A program made the position numbers and the translations under genes. From the IMG/VR virus record IMGVR_UViG_3300047160_001842, positions 1 to 64,000 of that record: a stretch of DNA of 64,000 nt; one strand, given 5' to 3'. Each line of letters begins with the position of its first letter. The stretch's first letter is position 1. Shown one piece after another: positions 1-7,810 of the stretch. The notes beneath the pieces were generated by a model, which was not told where the DNA came from, did not search any database, and saw nothing but the letters and a program-made list of their open reading frames with translations. This DNA comes from a virus. Its lineage: Duplodnaviria; Caudoviricetes.

Positions 1-237
1 TGCAATGACCCGCAAGTCACGGTTAGCGCACTCGCGGATTACATCGCCGGGGTGAAAGACCGAGCCCTCACGCCCCAGGAGCCGGCAGAGCCGAGCGACT
101 TGATCGCGGCATTGGATCGCATCGACGACTTCATTGCCCGCTGCAATGGCGATGATCGAGGATCGAGCGCCGATGTGAACCTCCTGCGCGCCGCCCTCAC
201 CCGCAAGGCCGACAGCAAGGGAGGTGCAAATGACTGA
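1..237 (+). CDS. 5'-truncated small accessory protein ending in the ALTRKADSKGG linker
   Basis: Frame 1 is open from base 1; stop overlaps next ATG (230); carries linkers shared with neighbours. Confidence 0.6.
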   Translation, partial: CNDPQVTVSALADYIAGVKDRALTPQEPAEPSDLIAALDRIDDFIARCNGDDRGSSADVNLLRAALTRKADSKGGAND

Positions 238-898
238 GCGCGAACGATTCGACGCCTATTGGCTGGCCCGTCAGCGCGCACGAGGCTTCGGCGACAGGCT
301 GACCGATGCTGAGATGCTGGCCTATCCTGACCGCCGGAAGGATGAGTTCCATGCGTGGGTGGCCGCACGGGCCGACAGCACCGAGGCGCAGGCAGAGATA
401 ACCGATGATCAGATCGTCAGCGCAATTCAAGATGCGGGGTTCAATCTGGCCTTTCGCAACTTCGAAGACGACCTCAAGCTGGCCCGCGCCATCCTCGCCC
501 TGCGAGCGCCACGGCAGGCGCTGGAGCAGGCAGAGCCGAGCTTCGCCGAAGCATGGGTGGCAAAGGGCTACCAGTACAGCGACTCCAACGTCGCCAAGGT
601 TCGACTGGGCTGGGATATGGCAATCGCCGCCCTCACCCGCAAGGCCGACAGCGCAGTCATCGCCGATGTTATCGCCGAGCGCAAGCGCCAGGACGAACAA
701 TGGGGCGGCCCTGCGCATGACGACCTCCACGATGCGGGCGATTGGGGTGCGTACATTCGGCACCAGTTGAAGCGCCTTGTCGGCGTGAACTACGCGGAGT
801 CTTTCGCACGCGAGCGCTTCATCAAGATCGCAGCACTCGGCATGGCCGCAGCCGAATCGCTCACCCGCAAGGCCGACAAGGGAGACGGCAATGCTTGA
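230..898 (+). CDS. Mosaic accessory protein with a C-terminal MazG-like helical module
   Basis: GGAGG RBS, ATG 230; last module VIAERKRQDEQWGG...RERFIKIAALGMAA resembles phage MazG-like proteins. Confidence 0.75.
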   Translation: MTERERFDAYWLARQRARGFGDRLTDAEMLAYPDRRKDEFHAWVAARADSTEAQAEITDDQIVSAIQDAGFNLAFRNFEDDLKLARAILALRAPRQALEQAEPSFAEAWVAKGYQYSDSNVAKVRLGWDMAIAALTRKADSAVIADVIAERKRQDEQWGGPAHDDLHDAGDWGAYIRHQLKRLVGVNYAESFARERFIKIAALGMAAAESLTRKADKGDGNA

Positions 899-1190
899 CC
901 GCGACTATCAGGAAATGGCTGCAAACGGCATCTGTCAGGCAGCGCAGCAGGCGTCCATCGCCACCCATCAATGTGCCGCCGACGTGGCCCGTGAACAGAT
1001 GCGCCCATGCGTACTGTTCCGCCCTGCGCTGAGCATTGACGGCGACCAGTGGTGCGCACTCTACGGCGGTAACCTGCAAGACGGCGTCGCAGGCTTCGGG
1101 GATACGCCCGGTGAAGCCATGTCCGACTTCGACAGACAGTGGACCACCTGCCATGCCCGCAAGGCCGACAGCAAGGGAGGCGAGGCATGA
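891..1190 (+). CDS. Conserved phage hypothetical protein
   Basis: RP..LFRPALSIDGDQWCALYGGNLQDGVAGFGDTP motif familiar from phage accessory genes; ends RKADSKGG. Confidence 0.75.
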   Translation: MLDRDYQEMAANGICQAAQQASIATHQCAADVAREQMRPCVLFRPALSIDGDQWCALYGGNLQDGVAGFGDTPGEAMSDFDRQWTTCHARKADSKGGEA

Positions 1191-1342
1191 AGTGCCAAAA
1201 CTGCGAGTACATCGGCGGTTGCCCGCATCTGGAATCGGGTGATTGCGAAGGCGGTCCTTACAGCTACACCGTTGAGGATGGACGGTGCTACCAGTGGATC
1301 AAGGTGGAAGACGACAGCCCTGAAGGAGGCGAACATGACTGA
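1187..1342 (+). CDS. Small Cys-rich protein
   Basis: GGAGG RBS, ATGA coupling; MKCQNCEYIGGC... Confidence 0.6.
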   Translation: MKCQNCEYIGGCPHLESGDCEGGPYSYTVEDGRCYQWIKVEDDSPEGGEHD

Positions 1343-1781
1343 GCGCGAAAATCACTTGCAGCGGTGGCGTCGAGTGATCATGGATGGGGCTGTAGAGCAA
1401 GCCGCATGGGCCGACAGCACCGAGGCGCACCCTCCCCGAGTTACCACGGCTGACTACAAGAAGCTCTATGAGGACGCAATCGCGCTCTCGGAGATTCGAG
1501 AACGCCGGGAGGAGCGTGCCAAGCGGCTTGGCACCCAGGCGCAGGCGGACGCTTGGGTTGTCGGTGCGTCTTACTTTGCCAAGTTCGAGAGCATTCCTGC
1601 CGCCCTGCGCGCAGAAGCAAAGCCGCTAGTCCTCGCCCTGCAAGCGCCACGGCAGGCACCGCTGGCCAGCGAACAGATCGACAGGATTTGGTCTGCCATG
1701 GGCAGCTTCACCGCCAACGATCATCGCGTCTTCGCCCGCGCCATCGAAGCCGAACACGGCATCCTGCCCGCGAAACCATGA
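1335..1781 (+). CDS. Mosaic accessory protein sharing its scaffold with 230-898
   Basis: Same MTERE start, ADSTEA and LAL.APRQA linkers, different inserts. Confidence 0.7.
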   Translation: MTERENHLQRWRRVIMDGAVEQAAWADSTEAHPPRVTTADYKKLYEDAIALSEIRERREERAKRLGTQAQADAWVVGASYFAKFESIPAALRAEAKPLVLALQAPRQAPLASEQIDRIWSAMGSFTANDHRVFARAIEAEHGILPAKP

Positions 1782-2047
1782 AACGTCGCTCACTACTCCT
1801 TGGCCTTCTCAGCGCAGCTGCGGCCCCAATCGTTCCTGCGGCAGTCAAGCCGGTGTTGCCCTTTGGCGTGTACGTGGACGCCATGGGCAATGTGCCTGTG
1901 CCGTGGGCGCACCAACACGGTGTCTATGATCCAGGACACTCCCACGGCATCTGCTCTGATGAGGAGTTGGCGTGCTACGAACACAGCCACAGCGTCACCG
2001 ATCCTGGCCACACCCACGGCATCCACATCTACAGGGGCGGCTTGTGA
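1778..2047 (+). CDS. Small protein with Tat-like signal and DPGHxH repeats
   Basis: MKRRSLLLGLLSAAAAP; HQHGVYDPGHSHG and HSHSVTDPGHTHG; ATGA-coupled. Confidence 0.7.
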   Translation: MKRRSLLLGLLSAAAAPIVPAAVKPVLPFGVYVDAMGNVPVPWAHQHGVYDPGHSHGICSDEELACYEHSHSVTDPGHTHGIHIYRGGL

Positions 2048-2232
2048 TCACCCAAGGACACGGCTACACGTGGATGGGCTTCCAGCACGTCATTGCGCTG
2101 GAGACGACAGACAAGTCACCAGTCAAGATTGTGCGAGTTGATAACGGCTGGCCTGGGCAGAAGGGACTGGCTGCCATCCAAGACCTTGAGCAGCGCCCAA
2201 TGAACTACTTCCACGGTCAGATGCCAAAATGA
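2044..2232 (+). CDS. Hypothetical protein
   Basis: GTGA coupling to upstream gene. Confidence 0.55.
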   Translation: MITQGHGYTWMGFQHVIALETTDKSPVKIVRVDNGWPGQKGLAAIQDLEQRPMNYFHGQMPK

Positions 2233-2391
2233 CTGAGAAACCGGACATGTCGCATCTCCCACTGTGAGACTGCGCCGACCACGGATCAACGTGTCGCGGC
2301 AGACGGGAAGGACACGCATGCATGGCCCATGACGATTGGTACACGCGACCCGCGCGAGAATCCAGAGACAACCACTGGATGGAGGATGAAC

Positions 2392-2571
2392 ATGCTGTGT
2401 CGATACAAGTGTTCCAACTGCGATGACTGGCACGCGCTTGCGGGAGTTCACACAGAGGACTTGGTGCTTTGCTGGATGGAGTTCATGGCCCGTCCACCAG
2501 AGCCATTCTCGCGCCAAATCTGGGACATGCTACTCAAGTTGGAGATGCGCCGTCGCGGCGTACACATATGA
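2392..2571 (+). CDS. Small CxxC protein
   Basis: GGAGG upstream of ATG 2392; YKCSNCDDWH; start uncertain. Confidence 0.5.
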   Translation: MLCRYKCSNCDDWHALAGVHTEDLVLCWMEFMARPPEPFSRQIWDMLLKLEMRRRGVHI

Positions 2572-2726
2572 TTGTTGAGCCTGAAGCACGCCTGGCCTTC
2601 TGGGCCTTAGCCTTCCTTGTCCGACTCCACAAGACCGGTGAGGTGCCGCAATCAGCCGCCACCGCCTATAAAGCGCTGGACGAGTTCGATGCTGCGACCA
2701 GAGTTATCCAGGCGGACGAGGAATGA
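2568..2726 (+). CDS. Hypothetical protein
   Basis: ATGA coupling at both ends. Confidence 0.6.
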   Translation: MIVEPEARLAFWALAFLVRLHKTGEVPQSAATAYKALDEFDAATRVIQADEE

Positions 2727-2947
2727 TGACGTCCATTGAGTGGGAGTACCGATACAAGGCGCTCCGACAGGTGTTCATCGAGCAACACCCGCGTCTGAGT
2801 GATGTGGATGTTGACGCGATGGTGGACGAGCGGATTGCGGAAGCGACGGCGCTGGCCTTCGATCCGCCCGCCGACCTCCAAGCGCTCGGCGAACCCGGCG
2901 CGGACACACGAGGAAGTGTTCAGCTGGGCGATCCGACCAAACCCTAG
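2723..2947 (+). CDS. Hypothetical protein
   Basis: GAGG RBS, ATGA coupling. Confidence 0.6.
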   Translation: MMTSIEWEYRYKALRQVFIEQHPRLSDVDVDAMVDERIAEATALAFDPPADLQALGEPGADTRGSVQLGDPTKP

Positions 2948-2964
2948 GCCAGGGTACAGGCCCC

Positions 2965-2992
2965 AAAGAAAAACGGCCCGTAGTGGGCCGTT
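2965..2992 (-). terminator. Intrinsic terminator between convergent units
   Basis: Stem AACGGCCC (2972-2979)/GGGCCGTT (2985-2992), T-rich tail on minus strand. Confidence 0.75.
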
Positions 2993-3013
2993 CTCATTTC
3001 CGGTTCACGCAGC

Positions 3014-3574
3014 TTATCGCTTGGTGGCCTGGGCATCCGCCGCGAGCTTCCCGACGATATCACCATGGCGGCGCGATCCTTCGGACGATCCCAGCCAGTA
3101 GTTGCACACTTGACCGAATGCGATAGACAGCGCACCGAACATCACGTTGAGGAGCTGGAAAGCGTTTGTCGGCAAATCCTGTGGGACAATGAACAGCCGA
3201 TAGATGCAAAAGAAGTAGCCAAGAACGATGAGTGTTGAGACAGCCGGAGCACCCCAAGCAATCGGGGACTTCGTCTGAGCCAGGGACACCGTCTGCTGGC
3301 GCGCGGAGGACACATCGGCCAGTGACGCCTTCGCCTGATCGGCCACCAGCTCGGCCAGACGTACTTCCTTGTCCGCTTCGATCTGCTTGAGCTTGATCAG
3401 CGCGTCGGGGTTCTGCATCAGTGCCGCGTTGACGGCTTCCGGTGTGTTGTCTGTCCCTAGTGCAGAGGCGATCATGCCGCCGACCGCGACTGCGGCGCCA
3501 GCAGGGCCGGTCAACAGTGTTCCGAGCATCGGGGCTGCTTTGCCGACAAGCGCGGCGACTTCTTTCCATTCCAT
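3014..3574 (-). CDS. 3TM-type holin family protein
   Basis: MEWKEVAALVGKAAPMLGTLLTGPAG...DVSSARQQ...VCNYWLGSSEGS, typical 3TM holin pattern with hydrophobic segments. Confidence 0.8.
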   Translation of the reverse strand: MEWKEVAALVGKAAPMLGTLLTGPAGAAVAVGGMIASALGTDNTPEAVNAALMQNPDALIKLKQIEADKEVRLAELVADQAKASLADVSSARQQTVSLAQTKSPIAWGAPAVSTLIVLGYFFCIYRLFIVPQDLPTNAFQLLNVMFGALSIAFGQVCNYWLGSSEGSRRHGDIVGKLAADAQATKR

Positions 3575-3584
3575 GTGCGTGTTC

Positions 3585-4079
3585 CTACCTCGTGATTGTG
3601 AAACATGGCGCGGCGATGATCCGCGCGGACGGTCCTCTGAGCACATACGTCCGCCAGCCCATCTTGAGCTGAAGTCCCCAGAAGAGGTCGCGCCGAGTCC
3701 ACCAGAACTCACCGTTGCGATAATGGCCCGGTTCAGGAGGCCACGGCAGATCAATCGGCACTGCCCAGATCATGTCGAAGCCGAGCATGCGGTTGCGAAT
3801 CCCGAGCCAGTACCACGAACACCAGAAGCGTCCGAAGGCGTGCAGCGCATCGGCAACAGTGGGCTCGTATGTCCCACCTGGGAGCCGTTCATCAGGGGTG
3901 GAGTACCAAGACGCCCAGCGCGGCAAGTCTCCGCGAATGACGTCAGGGAATTTGCCGTTGGAGTCGGCGGAGGGCGTCTTGTCCCACTTGGCGAATGGGA
4001 GTGCGACGAGGACGATGAGAGGGGCCGTGAGGCCGAGGAGGAAAGAGGCAAAGCCAACCAGCCGTGGATACTTCGTCAA
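3585..4079 (-). CDS. Membrane protein of lysis-type cassette
   Basis: N-terminal TM segment, Trp-rich body; co-oriented between holin-like genes. Confidence 0.65.
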   Translation of the reverse strand: MTKYPRLVGFASFLLGLTAPLIVLVALPFAKWDKTPSADSNGKFPDVIRGDLPRWASWYSTPDERLPGGTYEPTVADALHAFGRFWCSWYWLGIRNRMLGFDMIWAVPIDLPWPPEPGHYRNGEFWWTRRDLFWGLQLKMGWRTYVLRGPSARIIAAPCFTITR

Positions 4080-4309
4080 GGTTTGCCGCCCCAGTGGCTG
4101 AAGATGAATGTGATGACCGATCCTGCGGCAGAGGCCAGTGTCATCGCGGCCCAGAAAGCGCCCTTTGACTTGTTTGCCATGCCCATGAGTTGATCGATTT
4201 GGTGCGACATCCTGAGCAGTGTCGCGTCCGTTCTCTCTAGCTGCTTATCGAGCTGTTCCACCAGCGCTTCGAGTCGCCCAAACTCTTGCGGTGATATGTT
4301 GAATGGCAT
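4076..4309 (-). CDS. XhlA-like coiled-coil protein with C-terminal TM (putative holin/antiholin)
   Basis: EFGRLEALVEQLDKQLE...KSKGAFWAAMTLASAAGSVITFIF; start chosen at MPFN. Confidence 0.7.
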   Translation of the reverse strand: MPFNISPQEFGRLEALVEQLDKQLERTDATLLRMSHQIDQLMGMANKSKGAFWAAMTLASAAGSVITFIFSHWGGKP

Positions 4310-4525
4310 GCCGTATACAAATTGCCGGAGGCCTGTCCGGTATGCAGTCCTCTCTCCTCCGAGAGGCACCGGGATAATAGTGTTAAACGTAGCGATCCGT
4401 AACGCGCCCATAGGTAATCCCCCTTTGGACACTGGTTGTAACCGCTACAGAGTGGCCTCGATATAGGCCAATAGTTATCTTCAGCGTAAGACTTCGTTAC
4501 AAGCGTTAGCGGTCTGCCGCCGTGC

Positions 4526-4660
4526 TCAGGAGTCAAAACGGAAGGATGGGCGTAAGGTCCAGCGCTGGCCGATCCGCCGATAGAGCCATACACCGAACAC
4601 GCGCAAGCCAGACATCTGGCCAACTCGCGAATACTCAAAACCAATTTTGCCGTAGTTCAT
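4526..4660 (-). CDS. Small hypothetical protein (44 aa)
   Basis: Hand-translated MNYGKIGFEYSRVGQMSGLRVFGVWLYRRIG...; below ORF-track cutoff. Confidence 0.45.
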   Translation of the reverse strand: MNYGKIGFEYSRVGQMSGLRVFGVWLYRRIGQRWTLRPSFRFDS

Positions 4661-4736
4661 GAACACCTCGAAAGCCACCACGGAACAAGGAAGGCGGACG
4701 CCATGATGACACCTCCCTTGAATCCGCTCCTAGGGT

Positions 4737-4760
4737 TCCAAAACGGATAGCTCCGTTTGG
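4737..4760 (-). terminator. Possible terminator hairpin
   Basis: AAACGGA-TAGC-TCCGTTT inverted repeat at 4741-4758. Confidence 0.4.
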
Positions 4761-4810
4761 GCTTTAAACGTGTCCTCATGGGTCGATTGGATCGGTTGAT
4801 ACTCCGCCCC

Positions 4811-5098
4811 TTACCACCACGCGTAAACGCCCAGGAAGGGCCGGACGCGCGAACGCAGCCACTGTCGGAAGGACAGGCGCTTGGTCGCGGCGACCTCGCG
4901 CGACTCGCCAAAGAAGCCGCACGCGGCGATTGGGATATCAAATTGACGATCCGTCCGGAGCGGGACGGCCTGCGCCCTGCAATCTCCGATGGCCAACCCG
5001 GTCTTCCCAAAGTGCGTGATCATAGGGATGGGGCCTGTACTCTTCTTCATCTTGGACCTTAGCTTGTTTAGGTCCAATGATTTTACCTTGTGGTGCAT
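4811..5098 (-). CDS. Hypothetical protein
   Basis: ATG 5098 lies 2 bp from upstream stop. Confidence 0.45.
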   Translation of the reverse strand: MHHKVKSLDLNKLRSKMKKSTGPIPMITHFGKTGLAIGDCRAQAVPLRTDRQFDIPIAACGFFGESREVAATKRLSFRQWLRSRVRPFLGVYAWW

Positions 5099-5100
5099 GT

Positions 5101-5397
5101 TCACCCCACACAAGATGGTGAGACGCGCCTGAGTGGGCAATGACTGCGGCGCGGTTTGACTGCGGCAGGTTCTGGCTCAGGCTCCGGGTCATCGATACGG
5201 ACGCGCACGGCCATCGTTGGCCAGAACACAATGGTTCTGGGGTGGAACACCGGATAGCTCAGCCACCTGGTGTGCTCTATTGTTGGGTCTGCCACGGGCG
5301 CGATGATACGCCCGGTCTTTGTGGACACCGATTGCGCGGCAATCCAAGTCTCGTAAACGTCCCGCCGCAGTGGCGACTCGCCTTGGTTGCCGTACAT
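5101..5397 (-). CDS. Hypothetical protein
   Basis: TGATG coupling with upstream gene. Confidence 0.5.
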   Translation of the reverse strand: MYGNQGESPLRRDVYETWIAAQSVSTKTGRIIAPVADPTIEHTRWLSYPVFHPRTIVFWPTMAVRVRIDDPEPEPEPAAVKPRRSHCPLRRVSPSCVG

Positions 5398-5783
5398 CAG
5401 TAGGAGCCTGCGTTGTCGATGGCATCCTTCGCCAAGTCCAGTTGAGCAATGACCGTCTCGTGGTCCTCCGACTCAGCCGCTGAGTGTGCTTCGTGAAAGG
5501 CATTATCCGCATCGTCTAGCTCTGAGACGACTGATTGCGCGTTATCGCCCTTCTCACCGCCCTGCAAGCCGGACGGCATGTTGTAGTAATACTCTTGCTC
5601 CTCGTCCTTGATCGATTCGCACTGTTCGCGAAGACCTTGGATATCGTCCGCCAGCGCTGCGAATTCGAGCTTGTTGGCTCGGTCTGGGACTTCCTTCTGA
5701 TCAAGGTCCAGTTGGACCTTCTGTACGAGGGAGTCCACATCCGCGTGGAGTGCGCTAAGTTGGGCGCGACGAATCTTGTTCAT
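5397..5783 (-). CDS. Acidic helical phage protein
   Basis: AAAGGA RBS; IKDEEQEYYYNMPSGLQGGEKGD motif familiar from phage hypotheticals. Confidence 0.75.
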   Translation of the reverse strand: MNKIRRAQLSALHADVDSLVQKVQLDLDQKEVPDRANKLEFAALADDIQGLREQCESIKDEEQEYYYNMPSGLQGGEKGDNAQSVVSELDDADNAFHEAHSAAESEDHETVIAQLDLAKDAIDNAGSY

Positions 5784-5918
5784 AGCTATCCTTTGTTGAT
5801 GGAATAGCTATTCTATCGCGCGCCGAAGATGGCCATGAACAACTCTGGTGGCAGATCGACTTCGCACACATCCACTTCCGAGTACACGCCTTGGGGTTCG
5901 AATAGGTATGCCATAACA

Positions 5919-6257
5919 TTAGTCCGAGGAGTCAATGCCTTCAAGCCAGTTCGCCCGCTTCTGGCCGAAGCGATAGTAACGGACACCGCCTGCCCAGTAG
6001 TCGTTGACGATTGAGTAGCCAAGTCCGGATGGCATCCAATGGAGGTGTGCGGACACCGCCATCTCAAGCCCCGTTCGCGGCGTCGGGATCATCTGCCTGA
6101 ACTCGGTCAGAACCGGAGTCCAAGTGAAGTAGTCCGACTTGGCGAAGGTTTGGGCATCAATCTCCTCCCAGTTCGTTGGGAAGTTGTTGAAGCCGCCGTG
6201 GGACACTCTATGGTCCGCTTGCTCGGCCTGTGAGAGGTCGTAAAGTTCTTTGATCAT
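5919..6257 (-). CDS. Hypothetical protein
   Basis: AGAAAG RBS, ATGA coupling. Confidence 0.7.
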   Translation of the reverse strand: MIKELYDLSQAEQADHRVSHGGFNNFPTNWEEIDAQTFAKSDYFTWTPVLTEFRQMIPTPRTGLEMAVSAHLHWMPSGLGYSIVNDYWAGGVRYYRFGQKRANWLEGIDSSD

Positions 6258-6520
6258 TTATGTTCTTTCTGTCGCAATGCAAGCATTACTTTTCTGCCGT
6301 CAACATCCAGCTGGATGTACCCTCCGTTCTTCATCATCGCGCCACGGACGCCTCGTGAGCCGTCCATTCCGAGGGAACGGAGGGCCGCGCCAACGGACTT
6401 GTACTCGGTCACTTTCCGCCCAACCTTCATCGCAGCAGCGTACCGTTTAGAACGCGCGGCGGCGATCTTCGGGTTGGCCCAGGTGGCGGCAGCAGCCTTA
6501 GATATTGCGGTGTTAGTCAT
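6254..6520 (-). CDS. Small basic putative DNA-binding protein, paralog of 8143-8418
   Basis: TWANPKIAAARSKRY...YKSVGAALRSLG. Confidence 0.75.
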   Translation of the reverse strand: MTNTAISKAAAATWANPKIAAARSKRYAAAMKVGRKVTEYKSVGAALRSLGMDGSRGVRGAMMKNGGYIQLDVDGRKVMLALRQKEHK

Positions 6521-6567
6521 ATAGGTCTTTCTGGATGTCCGGTCAGACGATCTGGCCGGTCAAACAA

Positions 6568-6591
6568 ACTTTAGACCTACTTGACGTGTCC
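6568..6591 (-). promoter_or_regulatory. GGACAC-N12-TAAAGT phage-type promoter
   Basis: Same hexamer and 12-bp spacing as 18417 and 23579. Confidence 0.6.
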
Positions 6592-6660
6592 GCAAAGCAA
6601 GACCCTATGGCTGAGTCCAGGAACTACTGCCGTACACCATCACTAGAGGGATTCCCCTAG

Positions 6661-7350
6661 TTATTTCCAGACGAAAGCCGCGCCGACACCAACCGCGCCG
6701 GAGCCGCGCGAATCGACGCCAACGGACGCCTTGCTGATCCACTTCCCCGACTCGGAGCGATAGGACACACCGATGGCCAGCGCCGACTCGCCCCGGAAGT
6801 ATCCAGCGCCCGCGCCGACGATCTTGGTTCCCGGCTCCGGAGCTTGCGGAATGGACGCGATGGCCGTGGCGCTCGCGGTCCCGGCGTAGGCGTTCCGCCC
6901 CTGCGCGCGCATCTCCTCGCGGAGCGTCTGGTTGGCGTAGTTCATCTGCGCGGCGGTGTTCGCGAGCTGAGCCTGTGTCGCGGCGTCGGGGGCGGTTGCA
7001 TCCTTCCCGTTCTGTCCGGTTTGGCCGTCCTTGCCGTTGGCTCCGGCAGCGCCATTCGTCCCGTTGGCTCCGGCGACACCTTGCGCACCGTCCTTGCCGT
7101 TGGTGCCGTTGCGACCGTCAGCGCCATTCGTTCCGTTGACGCCATCGACACCGGGGAGGCCCTGCGGACCTTGAGGGCCGACTGGACCTTGCGGACCAAC
7201 CGGGCCGACGATCACCACCGGATCACCGCAGCCATTGGTCGTCTGGCCGACACCGCAGCCTCCGTTACCGTTGCCGTTGTTGCCGTCGATGGCGTGTGCC
7301 GACGACATTGCAGCTGCCAGAATGCCGAGGGCGAAAAGAGACTTTTTCAT
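6661..7350 (-). CDS. Trimeric autotransporter (YadA-type anchor) with collagen-like stalk
   Basis: Sec signal MKKSLFALGILAAAMSSAHA; 23 consecutive Gly-X-Y; anchor GTASATAIASIPQ...GAGYFRGESALAIGVSY...GVGAAFVW. Confidence 0.9.
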   Translation of the reverse strand: MKKSLFALGILAAAMSSAHAIDGNNGNGNGGCGVGQTTNGCGDPVVIVGPVGPQGPVGPQGPQGLPGVDGVNGTNGADGRNGTNGKDGAQGVAGANGTNGAAGANGKDGQTGQNGKDATAPDAATQAQLANTAAQMNYANQTLREEMRAQGRNAYAGTASATAIASIPQAPEPGTKIVGAGAGYFRGESALAIGVSYRSESGKWISKASVGVDSRGSGAVGVGAAFVWK

Positions 7351-7402
7351 TGCTTCTTCCTTCTTGGTTGTGGAACTTGGATTCTCCCTGATGGCGAGTG
7401 AA

Positions 7403-7810
7403 CTATCCACCCCACATGCGAATCACGTTGGATATCCGCTCGCGGCGGGCGATGTCCTCGCAGACCTGCCGGTTGTAGGCGTCCGCGAAGCGCGCGCAAT
7501 CAAACTGCGGCGATGACGGGTACACTGGCACCGGCTCACGCGGAGCGCGGACCTGGACGTTGCCGACCTTCTGGACGCGACCACTAGCCAGCCACTCGAT
7601 GCGATTCTGGCCATTCTCGCTGACGAAGCAGCCTACCTGCTCGCCCTTGATCGCGATGTGGCCTCTGGTGGCCTTATCGCCACTCATGCACGGCTGCGTG
7701 TAGACGTTTGCGACTCCGGGAATGAACCCGATGATGTCCTCTGGGCCGGGGACCCCGGCTGCGAGCGCTGGTGCGGCGATTGCCGCCATGAGGATGGCCG
7801 AGAATTTCAT
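7403..7810 (-). CDS. Secreted/periplasmic protein with four Cys
   Basis: Sec signal MKFSAILMAAIAAPALA; ATGA coupling. Confidence 0.7.
   Translation of the reverse strand: MKFSAILMAAIAAPALAAGVPGPEDIIGFIPGVANVYTQPCMSGDKATRGHIAIKGEQVGCFVSENGQNRIEWLASGRVQKVGNVQVRAPREPVPVYPSSPQFDCARFADAYNRQVCEDIARRERISNVIRMWGG

Larger units (their letters stand above)
79..1657 (+). repeat. Dispersed 13-29 bp direct repeats (linkers) within and between accessory genes
   Basis: 190-216=626-652 (27 bp identical); 200-224=1156-1180 (25 bp identical); 860-878 partial copy; 362-390~1401-1429 (1 mismatch); 492-519~1630-1657 (1 mismatch); 230-244=1335-1349; 79-96~524-541 (1 mismatch). Confidence 0.9.

Noticed and set aside
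1-1700. Repeats as a CRISPR or integron array
   Set aside because: Several different repeat families, irregular spacing, all in frame within coding DNA; no palindromic attC-like structure, cas gene or integrase.
2229-2424. Possible TGA readthrough (MTEKPDMSHLPL*DCADHG...)
   Set aside because: Single instance; all other genes use TGA as a normal stop and the extension has no recognisable motif.
4427-4450. GGACAC copies at 4427, 4770-4775 (minus) and about 49944 as promoters
   Set aside because: No -10-like hexamer 12 bp downstream.
5810-5838. sigma70 promoter upstream of 5783
   Set aside because: TAGAAT present but no credible -35 or GGACAC at the expected spacing.
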